A stretch of DNA of 64,000 bases from IMG/VR virus record IMGVR_UViG_3300020583_000015, positions 5,668-69,667 of that record. One strand, written 5' to 3'. Below, one piece after another: positions 7,886-17,300 of this stretch. The first letter of the stretch is position 1. Each line of letters begins with the position of its first letter. A program made the position numbers and the translations under genes. Below the pieces are notes generated by a model. The model saw only the letters and a list, made by a program, of their open reading frames with translations. It did no database searches and was not told the origin of the DNA. The DNA is from a virus.

Positions 7886-10800
7886 TTAAGGGGTGGTGGA
7901 GCTAGCAGACGAAGGTTGGCGTTTGTTGAACTCCCGTTCAAGAGTCTTCTTCAGGAACGGTAGCCGCTTTTCTATGTCCTCTTCGATTGAAGGAAGCGGG
8001 ACTTGAATTTTCGCCACATTTCTAGCAACTTTTGCCACAGGGTCAAGGATTTTTGCGAGCATAAAATGCCGAGCCTCAGGGGTGAGGTTCGCATCCTGGA
8101 GCGTTTTCGCGATAGTATTGGCAACTGTTTCTCCGTTTGCTCCTTTCTTATTTACCAGTATACCAAAGTTACGGCGGATGGCTTCGTTAGCAGTCGCGTC
8201 GCGCGTTGAGGCTCCGATAAGTTGGTTGATGGAGGCTCCAGGGAGCTCTTCAATCAAGGATTGTAGGCGGCTCTTGCCAATCTCAGGAACACCAGTCACC
8301 AGGCGTTTAAGCGGTTTGTCTGTCGTGACTTCAGGCTTACCGTTGTAGGGGCTGTAACGGATTGGTTCAGCAGAAGGATTAGTGATGGTTCTAACGGGCC
8401 CAGTCAGCGGATCGTTCTTGATATCTCGGTGATAGAGGACCTCAGGATGAGGGCTTACAAGTTGAGCCGTCCGCGAAGGTTGACTCACCGGCGTCCCTCC
8501 AACTGCCGCAGGCGGACCTGTCGGAACGTTTAAACCATTCCCATAAACCGCCTGTACTTGTTGGACTGAGTGAAGAAAGGTGGCAATGTAGCCACCAACT
8601 CCTTTCTTCAACATGTTTTCAAACTTGTCTGGGTCGGAGGAATTTTCAGCACTCACTAGGTCCGCAAGCCCAGTAATAGGCACATCATTTCCAAGCTGCC
8701 TGATGCCCGCGACCATCCTCAGAAAGTCATTGATTGGCATTCCATCAAAGCCCTGACCGGTGGTGTAGCGGTGCATGACTTCACCTAACCCCAGCCACGC
8801 TGCATACGGATGGTATCCACTCATGTCTCGAATGCGGTCGTTACCGTCAGCGTCCTTATCGCCAGTGCGGATTTCCCACCATTTATTGCCAGCTAACGCG
8901 GGGTTCGCTCGGATGTTGTAGGCCATGTTAAGGTTGAAGAAACCCTCGACAGCTTTCCCCAGCTGCCTGTGGGCCATCTTGGTTTCAAGGCCGCCTTCAA
9001 CTCCAGCATATAACTTGTCTCGAAAGTCCTTGTCAAAGAGATCAAAGAACAACGCGGGCGAACGCTCCATATTGTAGCGAAGCGCATTGACCATGAAGCG
9101 AGGGAACGGCACAGTCAGGGCTGTCGCGAACGGCACGTAGTTCTTCATTACAGTAATGATTTTTGCGACAGGGCTTTCACTTGGTAGGTAGCTAAAGGTT
9201 TGTTTAAGCGCGTGCTCTGTTGCCTCAGCAACAGCCATCTTTGAATTTTGAGGAAATTCTCCAGAAGAGGGATCAACCTCAGCCCTTAAATCATCAAGAC
9301 TTTTTCCAATCCCCTTTAGATTTGCCTCAAGACGTGTACGAAAACTCAGATGCCGGGCGAGAATTGTTTGGCTACTGTTGAGAATGTTGCCAAGCCCAAT
9401 TAGGCCATCAAGTTTTTCGATGCCTGTTGAGTTTCTTTTTGGGTTAAGATTCTCAATAACATTCAAACGAGCGTCAAGAGCAAGCGGTCCAGCAACTCCA
9501 TTTAGCATGTCTGTGTTAAGGGGAAGGTTTTTTTGAATTTCTTTAAACACCTCACGCCCAGCTGGACTAAGGGTGTCATACAGCCCATGACCAATCCCTG
9601 CAAGATCTCCAAAATATTCCCCAGCAGGCCTCCCATCGTTGTTGAGGTGGCCTGTGATTGACTCCGCAATCCCTGTGGCCGCTGCGTCAAAGATGTTCAT
9701 TACTTGAACATTCCCGAGATGGCTGATGGTGTTACGGACTGTGTTAGGGAGGGTCATCACCAGCGCTCCCAAACGTGTCCTCTCGACCAGTTTGTTTGAT
9801 GCAAGCGAAGCCTTTTGCCAGAGGCCCATGTAGGGCGGGTCAGCTTTACTCACACGGCGTAGCGCCTGAAGCGAGCGTGCTGCTGCCGGATCTCCTGCAT
9901 TTGCTTGATGAAGGAGTTCTGCTTCCATCAGATCCTTTCCATGAGAAAGCGCGGCCTCGTATCGCCCAGCCTCAGTCGAAGACTCGCGAACTTCATTCGC
10001 TAATAGCTTTGAGGCTTCCTCAACTGTCACTCCATGGCGCTCTGCGAGTTGGGTTGCGATGTTGCCAAGCTCCGGTAGCCCGCCTTGCTCAATCACTCGG
10101 GCAACAAGTTCATTTTGACGAATCCCACCCTCCTTTGCAGCACTTGTTAGTACATCATGAAGAATATTGCTTTGAGCAAGGCGGGCCTGAACCGCTGCAA
10201 TCTGGGGGCTGCTTAGAAGTGTTCGCTGTCGGTTGGCTTCAGCTGTCTCAGGACTAATTGTTTGTTGAATCAGGTCGTGGGCTTCTTGGGTGATTCGGCC
10301 TGCAGCCACCCCTGGGGCAGGGGGCGGCTCACCTAGAGCCGTTGGCTCAACTGGGTTGATTGTTGGTGTGCCTTCGACGTTGCCGGTTACGCCAGCGTTG
10401 AATTCGTTGGTGGCCTTAAGGGAGTTTTGGGCCTGTCGGACTTCACCCATGCTGATTGTTTTGCGGACTGTGGCGTCAGAGGGCCCAAGTCCAGCGGGGT
10501 TTTCTTCTCCAAGAGCCGCATGAACCCCTAAGCCCCCAGGCACGCCAAGGCCCTTTGCGATTTGATCTGCAACACTTAGCTTGATTGGACCGGTGATGAG
10601 GCTTTGGCCTAGGTCTTCAGCGGTAGTAGGGCGATAGGTTGTGTTTCCTTGTTCATCAACGCCGGTTTCAGTTCGACCTGTTAGGGCTTGAACAACTTCT
10701 TTCCCTGGTAACAAATCCATTCCAAGGGCTTTAGCTGCGCCTGTGAGACCTGCGTCCCACTTTTGTTCGGTTGTTGCGTTGGCGAGTGTTAGGCCTTTTT

Positions 10801-11233
10801 TCTTTAGCTCCGCATCAGCGCGAGCTTTGATTGCGTCAGGCGCACCGAATTCAGCTGCGTTTGCGATGCGCGAAGCTCGATAGGCAGCGTTCGGCAGATC
10901 AAAATAAGAGTTCGGATCCCCACGCTTGAACTCATCTGTTGCCCCGGGAATTGGTACAGGACTCAACGCTTGCAGCACATTTAGTCCTGACTGGGTAACT
11001 CCACGAACACCGCCAGCGATTCCTTGTCCAACACCCTTTAGAACTCCACCGGGGTTGGTTAGAGCTTGATAGATTGTGGACGCAGGTCCAGGAGCTTGGG
11101 GTTCGTTGTGTAGTGCCCCGCCTGTAGGTCCGTGTTCTTGATTGATTTGTTTCTTCAGCCACTGTAAGACAGGACTTTCCTCAGGGACTGGGCCGAGCCC
11201 GAAAAACTTTTCGAGGCTGAAGTCATCTGCCAT
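7886..11233 (-). CDS. Large internal virion / DNA ejection protein
   Basis: 1115 aa, Ala/Gly-rich and helical. Position after the nozzle, GNAT and smaller ejection genes matches podoviral gene order; VPFPRF..N motif in the C-terminal half. Confidence 0.7.
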   Translation of the reverse strand: MADDFSLEKFFGLGPVPEESPVLQWLKKQINQEHGPTGGALHNEPQAPGPASTIYQALTNPGGVLKGVGQGIAGGVRGVTQSGLNVLQALSPVPIPGATDEFKRGDPNSYFDLPNAAYRASRIANAAEFGAPDAIKARADAELKKKGLTLANATTEQKWDAGLTGAAKALGMDLLPGKEVVQALTGRTETGVDEQGNTTYRPTTAEDLGQSLITGPIKLSVADQIAKGLGVPGGLGVHAALGEENPAGLGPSDATVRKTISMGEVRQAQNSLKATNEFNAGVTGNVEGTPTINPVEPTALGEPPPAPGVAAGRITQEAHDLIQQTISPETAEANRQRTLLSSPQIAAVQARLAQSNILHDVLTSAAKEGGIRQNELVARVIEQGGLPELGNIATQLAERHGVTVEEASKLLANEVRESSTEAGRYEAALSHGKDLMEAELLHQANAGDPAAARSLQALRRVSKADPPYMGLWQKASLASNKLVERTRLGALVMTLPNTVRNTISHLGNVQVMNIFDAAATGIAESITGHLNNDGRPAGEYFGDLAGIGHGLYDTLSPAGREVFKEIQKNLPLNTDMLNGVAGPLALDARLNVIENLNPKRNSTGIEKLDGLIGLGNILNSSQTILARHLSFRTRLEANLKGIGKSLDDLRAEVDPSSGEFPQNSKMAVAEATEHALKQTFSYLPSESPVAKIITVMKNYVPFATALTVPFPRFMVNALRYNMERSPALFFDLFDKDFRDKLYAGVEGGLETKMAHRQLGKAVEGFFNLNMAYNIRANPALAGNKWWEIRTGDKDADGNDRIRDMSGYHPYAAWLGLGEVMHRYTTGQGFDGMPINDFLRMVAGIRQLGNDVPITGLADLVSAENSSDPDKFENMLKKGVGGYIATFLHSVQQVQAVYGNGLNVPTGPPAAVGGTPVSQPSRTAQLVSPHPEVLYHRDIKNDPLTGPVRTITNPSAEPIRYSPYNGKPEVTTDKPLKRLVTGVPEIGKSRLQSLIEELPGASINQLIGASTRDATANEAIRRNFGILVNKKGANGETVANTIAKTLQDANLTPEARHFMLAKILDPVAKVARNVAKIQVPLPSIEEDIEKRLPFLKKTLEREFNKRQPSSASSTTP

Positions 11234-11236
11234 AGC

Positions 11237-12340
11237 TTACCGGATTTGAGATGTTGGCGGAACTGGAGCTTGAGAAGGCGGAGGGTTCCCTGGGAGCATG
11301 CCTCCCCCAATCGCACCACCCAACCCGTTCGGAAAGAGTTGTTTCATTAGGTCGTTTTCCATTCCTTTCATCGGGTCTTCAGGTGCACTTACTGTTCCAA
11401 TCATTTGGTGAGCACGCTCAGCAGCTAGACCTGCAATTGCAGGATGGGTACCAGGAGGGAGCTGAGTTGGGTCTGAAGCAATTCTTGTCACTTCACCATG
11501 AAGGAGCTGAGCCTTTGTGTGGTCGTCGAGCTTGTCCCAATCGGCGTGGTTGGCCTTTAGGTTGCCTTGGGCTTTCTGGAGAAGAGCTGGCGCAACTGTG
11601 GTGGCGTTGTAGTTAAGGCCAGTCATAGGGTTAGCAAGACCCTTTAGCTTGTATAGATTTGCTAACGCGTCATACCGAGCTTTGTGGAACTTATATTCTG
11701 GATCAGTAGGAGCAAGTTGGGTTTGAGCATGCGCCCATCCGTTTAGGATCTTCGCGGTCTCTTGGCTCTCGGTTAGATCTTTTGCAGGCGGAAGCCCAAG
11801 CTGATGTCGAGCTGTATCCTGAAGAAGCTCGTCTTTGTTGTCCTTTACCCACTGCTCGTTTCCGTGTTCTTTGAGGATGTTGGAGACTTTTTCCTGATAG
11901 TCGTTTTCAGTTTGCTTTCGGATGAGGCGAGCAGCGTTCTCGGCTCGTGCTTGCTGTTGTTCAGGAGGGATCGGAACAACCTTCTGGCCCCCAAATGCCA
12001 CACCTTGAGGCTCTTCTCCAGGTCCTTGAAGCTGACCAATCATTCCAGGCATCCCAACTGTTGGTTGGTTTTCAGCAGGCCTCAACACACCCTGGCCAAT
12101 CCCAAGCGCAGCAGCAGCCTCTTGTGCATGCTTAAATTGTTCTTGACGAAGCGCAAGCTCTGCGTCCGCGCGTGTTGATCGGCCTCTTTCGGCCTCCTCA
12201 TTTGCGCGAATCTCCCGCTCCCGAAGGTTGGCATTCTCGTGCTGCTGCGAAAGCTCAGCCCAAAAGTGTTTGTCTGCTTGACGGGCAGCGTGCTTAGCTT
12301 CAACTGCCCGACTGATGGTGTCAAAAAAGTTAACTGGCAT
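11237..12340 (-). CDS. Internal virion / ejection protein
   Basis: Coiled-coil, Gln/Ala-rich; likely start MPVNFF at 12340 by TAATG coupling with the upstream gene. Confidence 0.65.
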   Translation of the reverse strand: MPVNFFDTISRAVEAKHAARQADKHFWAELSQQHENANLREREIRANEEAERGRSTRADAELALRQEQFKHAQEAAAALGIGQGVLRPAENQPTVGMPGMIGQLQGPGEEPQGVAFGGQKVVPIPPEQQQARAENAARLIRKQTENDYQEKVSNILKEHGNEQWVKDNKDELLQDTARHQLGLPPAKDLTESQETAKILNGWAHAQTQLAPTDPEYKFHKARYDALANLYKLKGLANPMTGLNYNATTVAPALLQKAQGNLKANHADWDKLDDHTKAQLLHGEVTRIASDPTQLPPGTHPAIAGLAAERAHQMIGTVSAPEDPMKGMENDLMKQLFPNGLGGAIGGGMLPGNPPPSQAPVPPTSQIR

Positions 12341-13002
12341 TAGAGCATACTCAAGAATCCACCAGCAGCTCCAAGAAGACCTGCCCATGGAGATTGGCTT
12401 TGGTGGGTGGAACTGGTGTTGGTGCTGAAGTTTTGGCTGAATTGGTTGCCGACATTGGAGCCAGTTTGGAAAGTGGAGGTCGGTCCACGTCCAGCAAAAT
12501 TAAGGCCCATAGTGAGCAGAGGATTGGTTAGGTTTGCTTGAGCTTGGCGTTCCTGAAACGGCAGCTGGCTGTAGAAGTTTGTGAGCTGAGCGTTGCGTTG
12601 GTTGCCGATGTCGGTTGCGCCAGCCGCATACGCGCCGCTATTGGAGATTCCACGCTTTGCAAGGTTGTTGTTAAGGCTGTTAATTGAGGAGTTCGCAAGG
12701 CCATTGACATTCGAAAGGAAGCTTGCTTTGGTGGCGTCAGTAAAAACCGGTTGGGTTGACTGTTGAAGCTGTTGAGTTAGGAACGGAAACAACCCATTCC
12801 GGAACTGCGTCAACAGCGGAGACTCATAGGTAGTACTGAATTGGTTGCTAAGGGCGTTAGAGGTGTTGGTAGAGGTACCGCTTGAAGTACCGCTTTGTTG
12901 AGTGTTAGTTGGGAAAGCTGACGCAGCAGCCCCAAGCGCTCCGCCGCCTCCGCCAAAGTAGTCTGGTTGGTAGCCTCCGTTAAGTGTATCCATCAACCCC
13001 AT
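12340..13002 (-). CDS. Small ejection (pilot-like) protein
   Basis: Ser/Thr/Gln-rich, AKRGISNSG motif, Gly-rich hydrophobic C-terminus (WAGLLGAAGG), typical of the first podoviral ejection protein. Confidence 0.65.
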   Translation of the reverse strand: MGLMDTLNGGYQPDYFGGGGGALGAAASAFPTNTQQSGTSSGTSTNTSNALSNQFSTTYESPLLTQFRNGLFPFLTQQLQQSTQPVFTDATKASFLSNVNGLANSSINSLNNNLAKRGISNSGAYAAGATDIGNQRNAQLTNFYSQLPFQERQAQANLTNPLLTMGLNFAGRGPTSTFQTGSNVGNQFSQNFSTNTSSTHQSQSPWAGLLGAAGGFLSML

Positions 13003-13005
13003 AGG

Positions 13006-13584
13006 TTAGGTTTCCTTCGCAGGCCTAAGTAGGCCGTAGTGAACTACAGATTTTGGGACACCGCCCACCATCGCAGCGTTGTCGAATTGACCTTCTAGGC
13101 CCCATCCAAGCCGTCGGTACAGCTGACGGACTGGACTGTTTGTGACTAGTGTCATCCCACTCAACCTCAACAGTTCCGGACACATCTCAAAGATTTGGTT
13201 TGAAGCTGCCGCAACCGCCTGATCCATAAATCCTGCTTCCCAGATCTTCACATTGTTCGTGTTTTTTGTGTAACGTCCAAGCGCTCGTCGGTTGCAGGCG
13301 AAGTTAAGCTTTGCGTTCCACGGCCCGTCAGGTTGGACACTAACCATCCCGATGATTGGCATTTCGTGCTTAAAGCCCAGCACATTAGCTCTGTCAATGA
13401 CTCCATAGGTGTACGCATAGGGAAGAAGCTCTTGGAAGTAGCGGGCATAATCCTCTGGGGTGTGACCTGTCAGGTCAGTTTCAACAAATGATTTGTGAGC
13501 CCGCATCCATCCACACAGGTGGTTAAGGGCGGTCATCGGAAACGGGCAAATTAAATCAACATCAACAGCGCTCAAGATATCCAC
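13006..13584 (-). CDS. GNAT (RimJ/RimL-like) acetyltransferase
   Basis: IIGMVSV, RLSG.T...NSPVRQLYRRLGWGLEG..., YGLLR. Sits at the usual podoviral position before the ejection genes. Likely GTG start at 13584. Confidence 0.75.
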   Translation of the reverse strand: MDILSAVDVDLICPFPMTALNHLCGWMRAHKSFVETDLTGHTPEDYARYFQELLPYAYTYGVIDRANVLGFKHEMPIIGMVSVQPDGPWNAKLNFACNRRALGRYTKNTNNVKIWEAGFMDQAVAAASNQIFEMCPELLRLSGMTLVTNSPVRQLYRRLGWGLEGQFDNAAMVGGVPKSVVHYGLLRPAKET

Positions 13585-13619
13585 GGTAAGCCAACCTAAG
13601 CAAAGTATTGCGTACAAAC

Positions 13620-13645
13620 ATTCTACCAGAAACCACACCCTAATG
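13620..13645 (-). promoter_or_regulatory. Putative promoter: extended -10 (TGGTAGAAT) preceded by the CATTAGGGTGT motif
   Basis: The minus strand reads CATTAGGGTGTGGTTTCTGGTAGAAT just upstream of the GNAT/ejection block. Confidence 0.45.
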
Positions 13646-13665
13646 GGGCTTACGCAACGCCGCGT

Positions 13666-14331
13666 CTATGTGCCTGGAAGTTTCACAGCCAACAGCACAC
13701 TGGTTGGGTTGATACCATTGCCGGTAACGTTCATGCTGCACTTAGCGTACAGCTGAATTGTTGAGGTCCCAACAACCGTCCACACCCCACTTACAGTGTT
13801 TTCAAGAGAACTCACACCGACTGAAGTTTGTCCAAGCGACAGCGCAAATGGTCCGGCTTGGGTGACTGCTGTTGCGTTTGTGTAGAGTTGGATTGACACG
13901 AAGTTTGAGGGCTGAGCGGTTGTGAGTGCAAGACTGATATCAGCCTCTGCAAACACAATCCAAGTCCCAGTTCCCAGCACCAGACTGTAGGAAGTAACCG
14001 GCGCGAAGCTAGTCGAAGTAACACTAAAAAAGCTACTGCTTGTTGCGCTGCTGATAGCTTGAGGTAGGATGGTGTTGGTTTGGGCAAAGAACGCAGCCCC
14101 ACTCTTAACCTGACTCACAGCCTTATCGACATATTGTTTGTTGACTGCATCAAGGGGTGAGACCGGTGCAGTCATGTTTACAACTCGGTGTTGGTTAATA
14201 TCTAAGTCGTTGGCGAGGGTAGCTCCATTGATTTGGGAAGCCATCCGTCTCATTGCAACTGTCACCTGCTGACGGAGTTCGTCAATAGTTGCGACTGGCG
14301 GGATGGTTGGAGCGGTGACGTTGACTGACAA
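13666..14331 (-). CDS. Tail-associated (needle/short fibre-like) protein
   Basis: LDINQHRVVNMTAPVSPLDAVNKQYVD fibre-neck motif followed by a beta-rich C-terminal domain. Confidence 0.6.
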   Translation of the reverse strand: MSVNVTAPTIPPVATIDELRQQVTVAMRRMASQINGATLANDLDINQHRVVNMTAPVSPLDAVNKQYVDKAVSQVKSGAAFFAQTNTILPQAISSATSSSFFSVTSTSFAPVTSYSLVLGTGTWIVFAEADISLALTTAQPSNFVSIQLYTNATAVTQAGPFALSLGQTSVGVSSLENTVSGVWTVVGTSTIQLYAKCSMNVTGNGINPTSVLLAVKLPGT

Positions 14332-14334
14332 AGG

Positions 14335-17300
14335 TTAATCCTTTTCGCTAATGAGCGGTTGCTTACCGTCAATCACACCGTCGGTGGTGACACGACTCAA
14401 GCCCTTCACACCTGTCCGGAGAGTGTCGATAGAGCTGCGCCAAATCTCAATTGGCACATTTGAGATGAGACGCTGACGGAAGAGGTAGCCCCTCATGCCT
14501 GGCGGGAACGGAATCCTGTCTCTCCACTCACGAAGTTGGCCAAAGATCAGGGTGTTGGTTGAAAGAGGATACCCATCTACATCCCAAATGCTGGTGACTG
14601 TAGCGGTTCCTTGATTGGGGTCAAGCTCAAGATCAATTGACCAGAACCGGCCAATGTCAAGCTGGGATGCGCCACCGATCTTTTGGTAAAAGACCGCCCA
14701 GGTATTCTTGCCGAAGGGTTTAGGTAGTGTGTCGAAGGAAGTGTTGTAGTGCTTCAGCAGCGGTACTCCCGCGCCCACCGCTGTGTAGATTGTCGCAAGA
14801 CGGTAGCCTTGTTGGATACGCATGGTTGTGTCAACATCTAACCCAACCCGGTAGGACTGGCGGGTTGTGCCGGTAAAGGTTGCAACCGCAATTTGAACAT
14901 CATTTGCGTACAAGACGCCTGTGCAAGTGCCAAGTGGGTTAAGTTCCGCAATCCAAGTCTTGAGGTAATGTTCAGAAGGAAAGATAAGCTTGTCCAGTTG
15001 CACCTGAGCAAGCCTATCTGGCTCTTGGTCACCTTCGAACCAAGTCTTGTAGTGTTTGAACTTACCGGTTCCGACACAATTGTAGGTGCCATACACAGTC
15101 CTTCCATACAAATCAATCGGAAGGCTGAATGCGTAACTCTGACGGTTGGAACCAGTGATTGTGTAGGTTGCAACCCCAACATTGTCAATGACTGCTGTCG
15201 CCAGAACAGTCGCTCCAAGCGGCGCGATCTCACACTCAAAATGATGCCAGAAGAACTCTTTCTCGCCGCTTCTATCGCTTACATAGTTTGAGAGCCGGTC
15301 GGGTTCGGGCCTGTAGGTGTACCACGTTCCGTAGTGTTTGAAGTATCCCGACTGGGCGTTGTAGACAACATACCCGACTCGTCCGAAGGTGTCATTTGGG
15401 AGTGCGAACGCATAGCTTTGGCGTCCACTGCCTGTGATGGTCGCTGTGCTAACCGCAACAGTATCCACAAAAGCCGTCGCGAGTACAACATTCCCAAAGC
15501 AATTGATGTCAACATCGAATGCGTCCCAAATCGCTTCATGACTAACGCTCCCCCACGCGTGTTGAGCGACTGTTCGGTCGCTTACAAAGTTTGTCCAACG
15601 ATCAGGTTCGGGGCGGAGGTGCCACCAAGTTTTGTAGTGCTTAAAGGCGGTGCCGTTGTGGATGGCGTAGATGGTTCGAGCGTACTCCTCATTCGGGAGT
15701 GCGAAGCTGTATGACTGCCGTAAGCTGCCGGTGGAGGTGTAGGTTCCAACCGCAACGTTGTTGAGAAAGACTGTGGAGGTAAGTGTGCCATTTGGGTTGA
15801 CGTCAATGTCCACCGCATCACAAATCTGTTCTTCTTGGGATTGGATGTCGGTTTTAAAGTAATTGACTCGTGGCGGTTCTGGGCGTGCGTCAAACGCAAA
15901 GTTCCAAGGCTTAAAGAATGTCGAGGGCGAAGCAGTCGACTGATAAATTATGTGGCTAACTCGCCCATAAGTCTCAGGAGGGTAAGCATTAACGAACACA
16001 TGTCGGCCAGCTGTTGGGCCGCTGTAAGTAGTTGTGCCAAGCGCAACACCATCCACAAAAGCAGTTGCCAGCACATTTCCGCTGCCCAGGATTTGAAGGT
16101 CTGCATAAAACGCATCAAAAAGAAATTCCCCTGCCTGCTCCTTTACTTCATAGTCAGCTTTCCAATATTGGACGTGAGCTGGCTCAACAATCGCATCGAA
16201 CTGCACCTGATAGATTGAAGCCTCAGCAGATGAGGTTCCACGGTTCCCAACAAACTGAAACTGAACGTTGTTTGCGACGGTTCCAAGAAACGCAGCCGGT
16301 GTCCAGGTTCGGACGCTAGACGTTAGCGTACCAAGAGTGATGGTTGAGGTGTTGTCGAGGATCGCAAGGGCGGTTCCGCCACTACCTTTGTATTCAATAA
16401 GTGCGTTCTCCAAAACCGCATCATTTGGAGAGGTCCATTGTCGGGTCGTGAAGTTCCACTGAATGTTGGAGCCGTTGTCGGTTGTGCCATGTTCGATCTG
16501 GACAATCCGTCCGTCGGTGGTGCCAGCCAGCAGTGTGTTCCCTACCCAATCCCAAAACAGCGAAGCAAAGCTAAAGCCGTAGGTGTAACTTTGTATTTGT
16601 TGGGTGCGGAAGTCCAGCACAAACAATGTGTTTGGGTAAGTGCTAGAGCCAGTCGGCACGCCAAAGTAAATCTTCTGATCGTTGTAGGCAGCACAACTCA
16701 GGTAGATGTTGCCAATGTTGATAGCTGGGATCCGATTGCCTTTGAGAGCAGCGGGATCTGTGCTGAGGTTTCCTCGCCACGCATCAGCCATCTTTTCCAT
16801 AGCCCAGGTGATTGGAGTGTCGATTCCTTGGCCGGGATTATAGAGGCTGAGACCATTGTAGTTGACAAGGAAGATCCCATAGGGGGTCTTGATGATGCTA
16901 TTGTGAGCAATCGAGCCTTGCCGACATCCAGTCCGCACAATCGAGAAGTCGCTGTTGGGGCCTTCAAAAATCGTCCCGACCATCTCATACACACTGTTGT
17001 CGTTGACGATGATCATGACCGGCATCCACACAATTAACTTCTGGATGTTGTCACCGAAGTTGCTAATGGTAGCGAAGCTGTCAAATGGAAACAGATCTGG
17101 TTGGGCTGGTAGGCTCCACTGAAGAACATTCTGACCGTTGCTGATGAAGATCCGATCGAAGTAAGCTTGGTCAGCAACAACGGAGTTGCCTGGGAAGTTT
17201 GCGCTGCTCAGTACATTGTTCTGAAGAATGAAGTTCTGACTCAGTGCACTGATGTCATCAAGCCCATCCACATACACATTTTGGGTAACAGTGTAGGTCG

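Noticed and set aside
14400-16470. Diversity-generating retroelement TR/VR pair
   Set aside because: The repeats are old protein-level duplications, not adenine-specific variants, and there is no RT.
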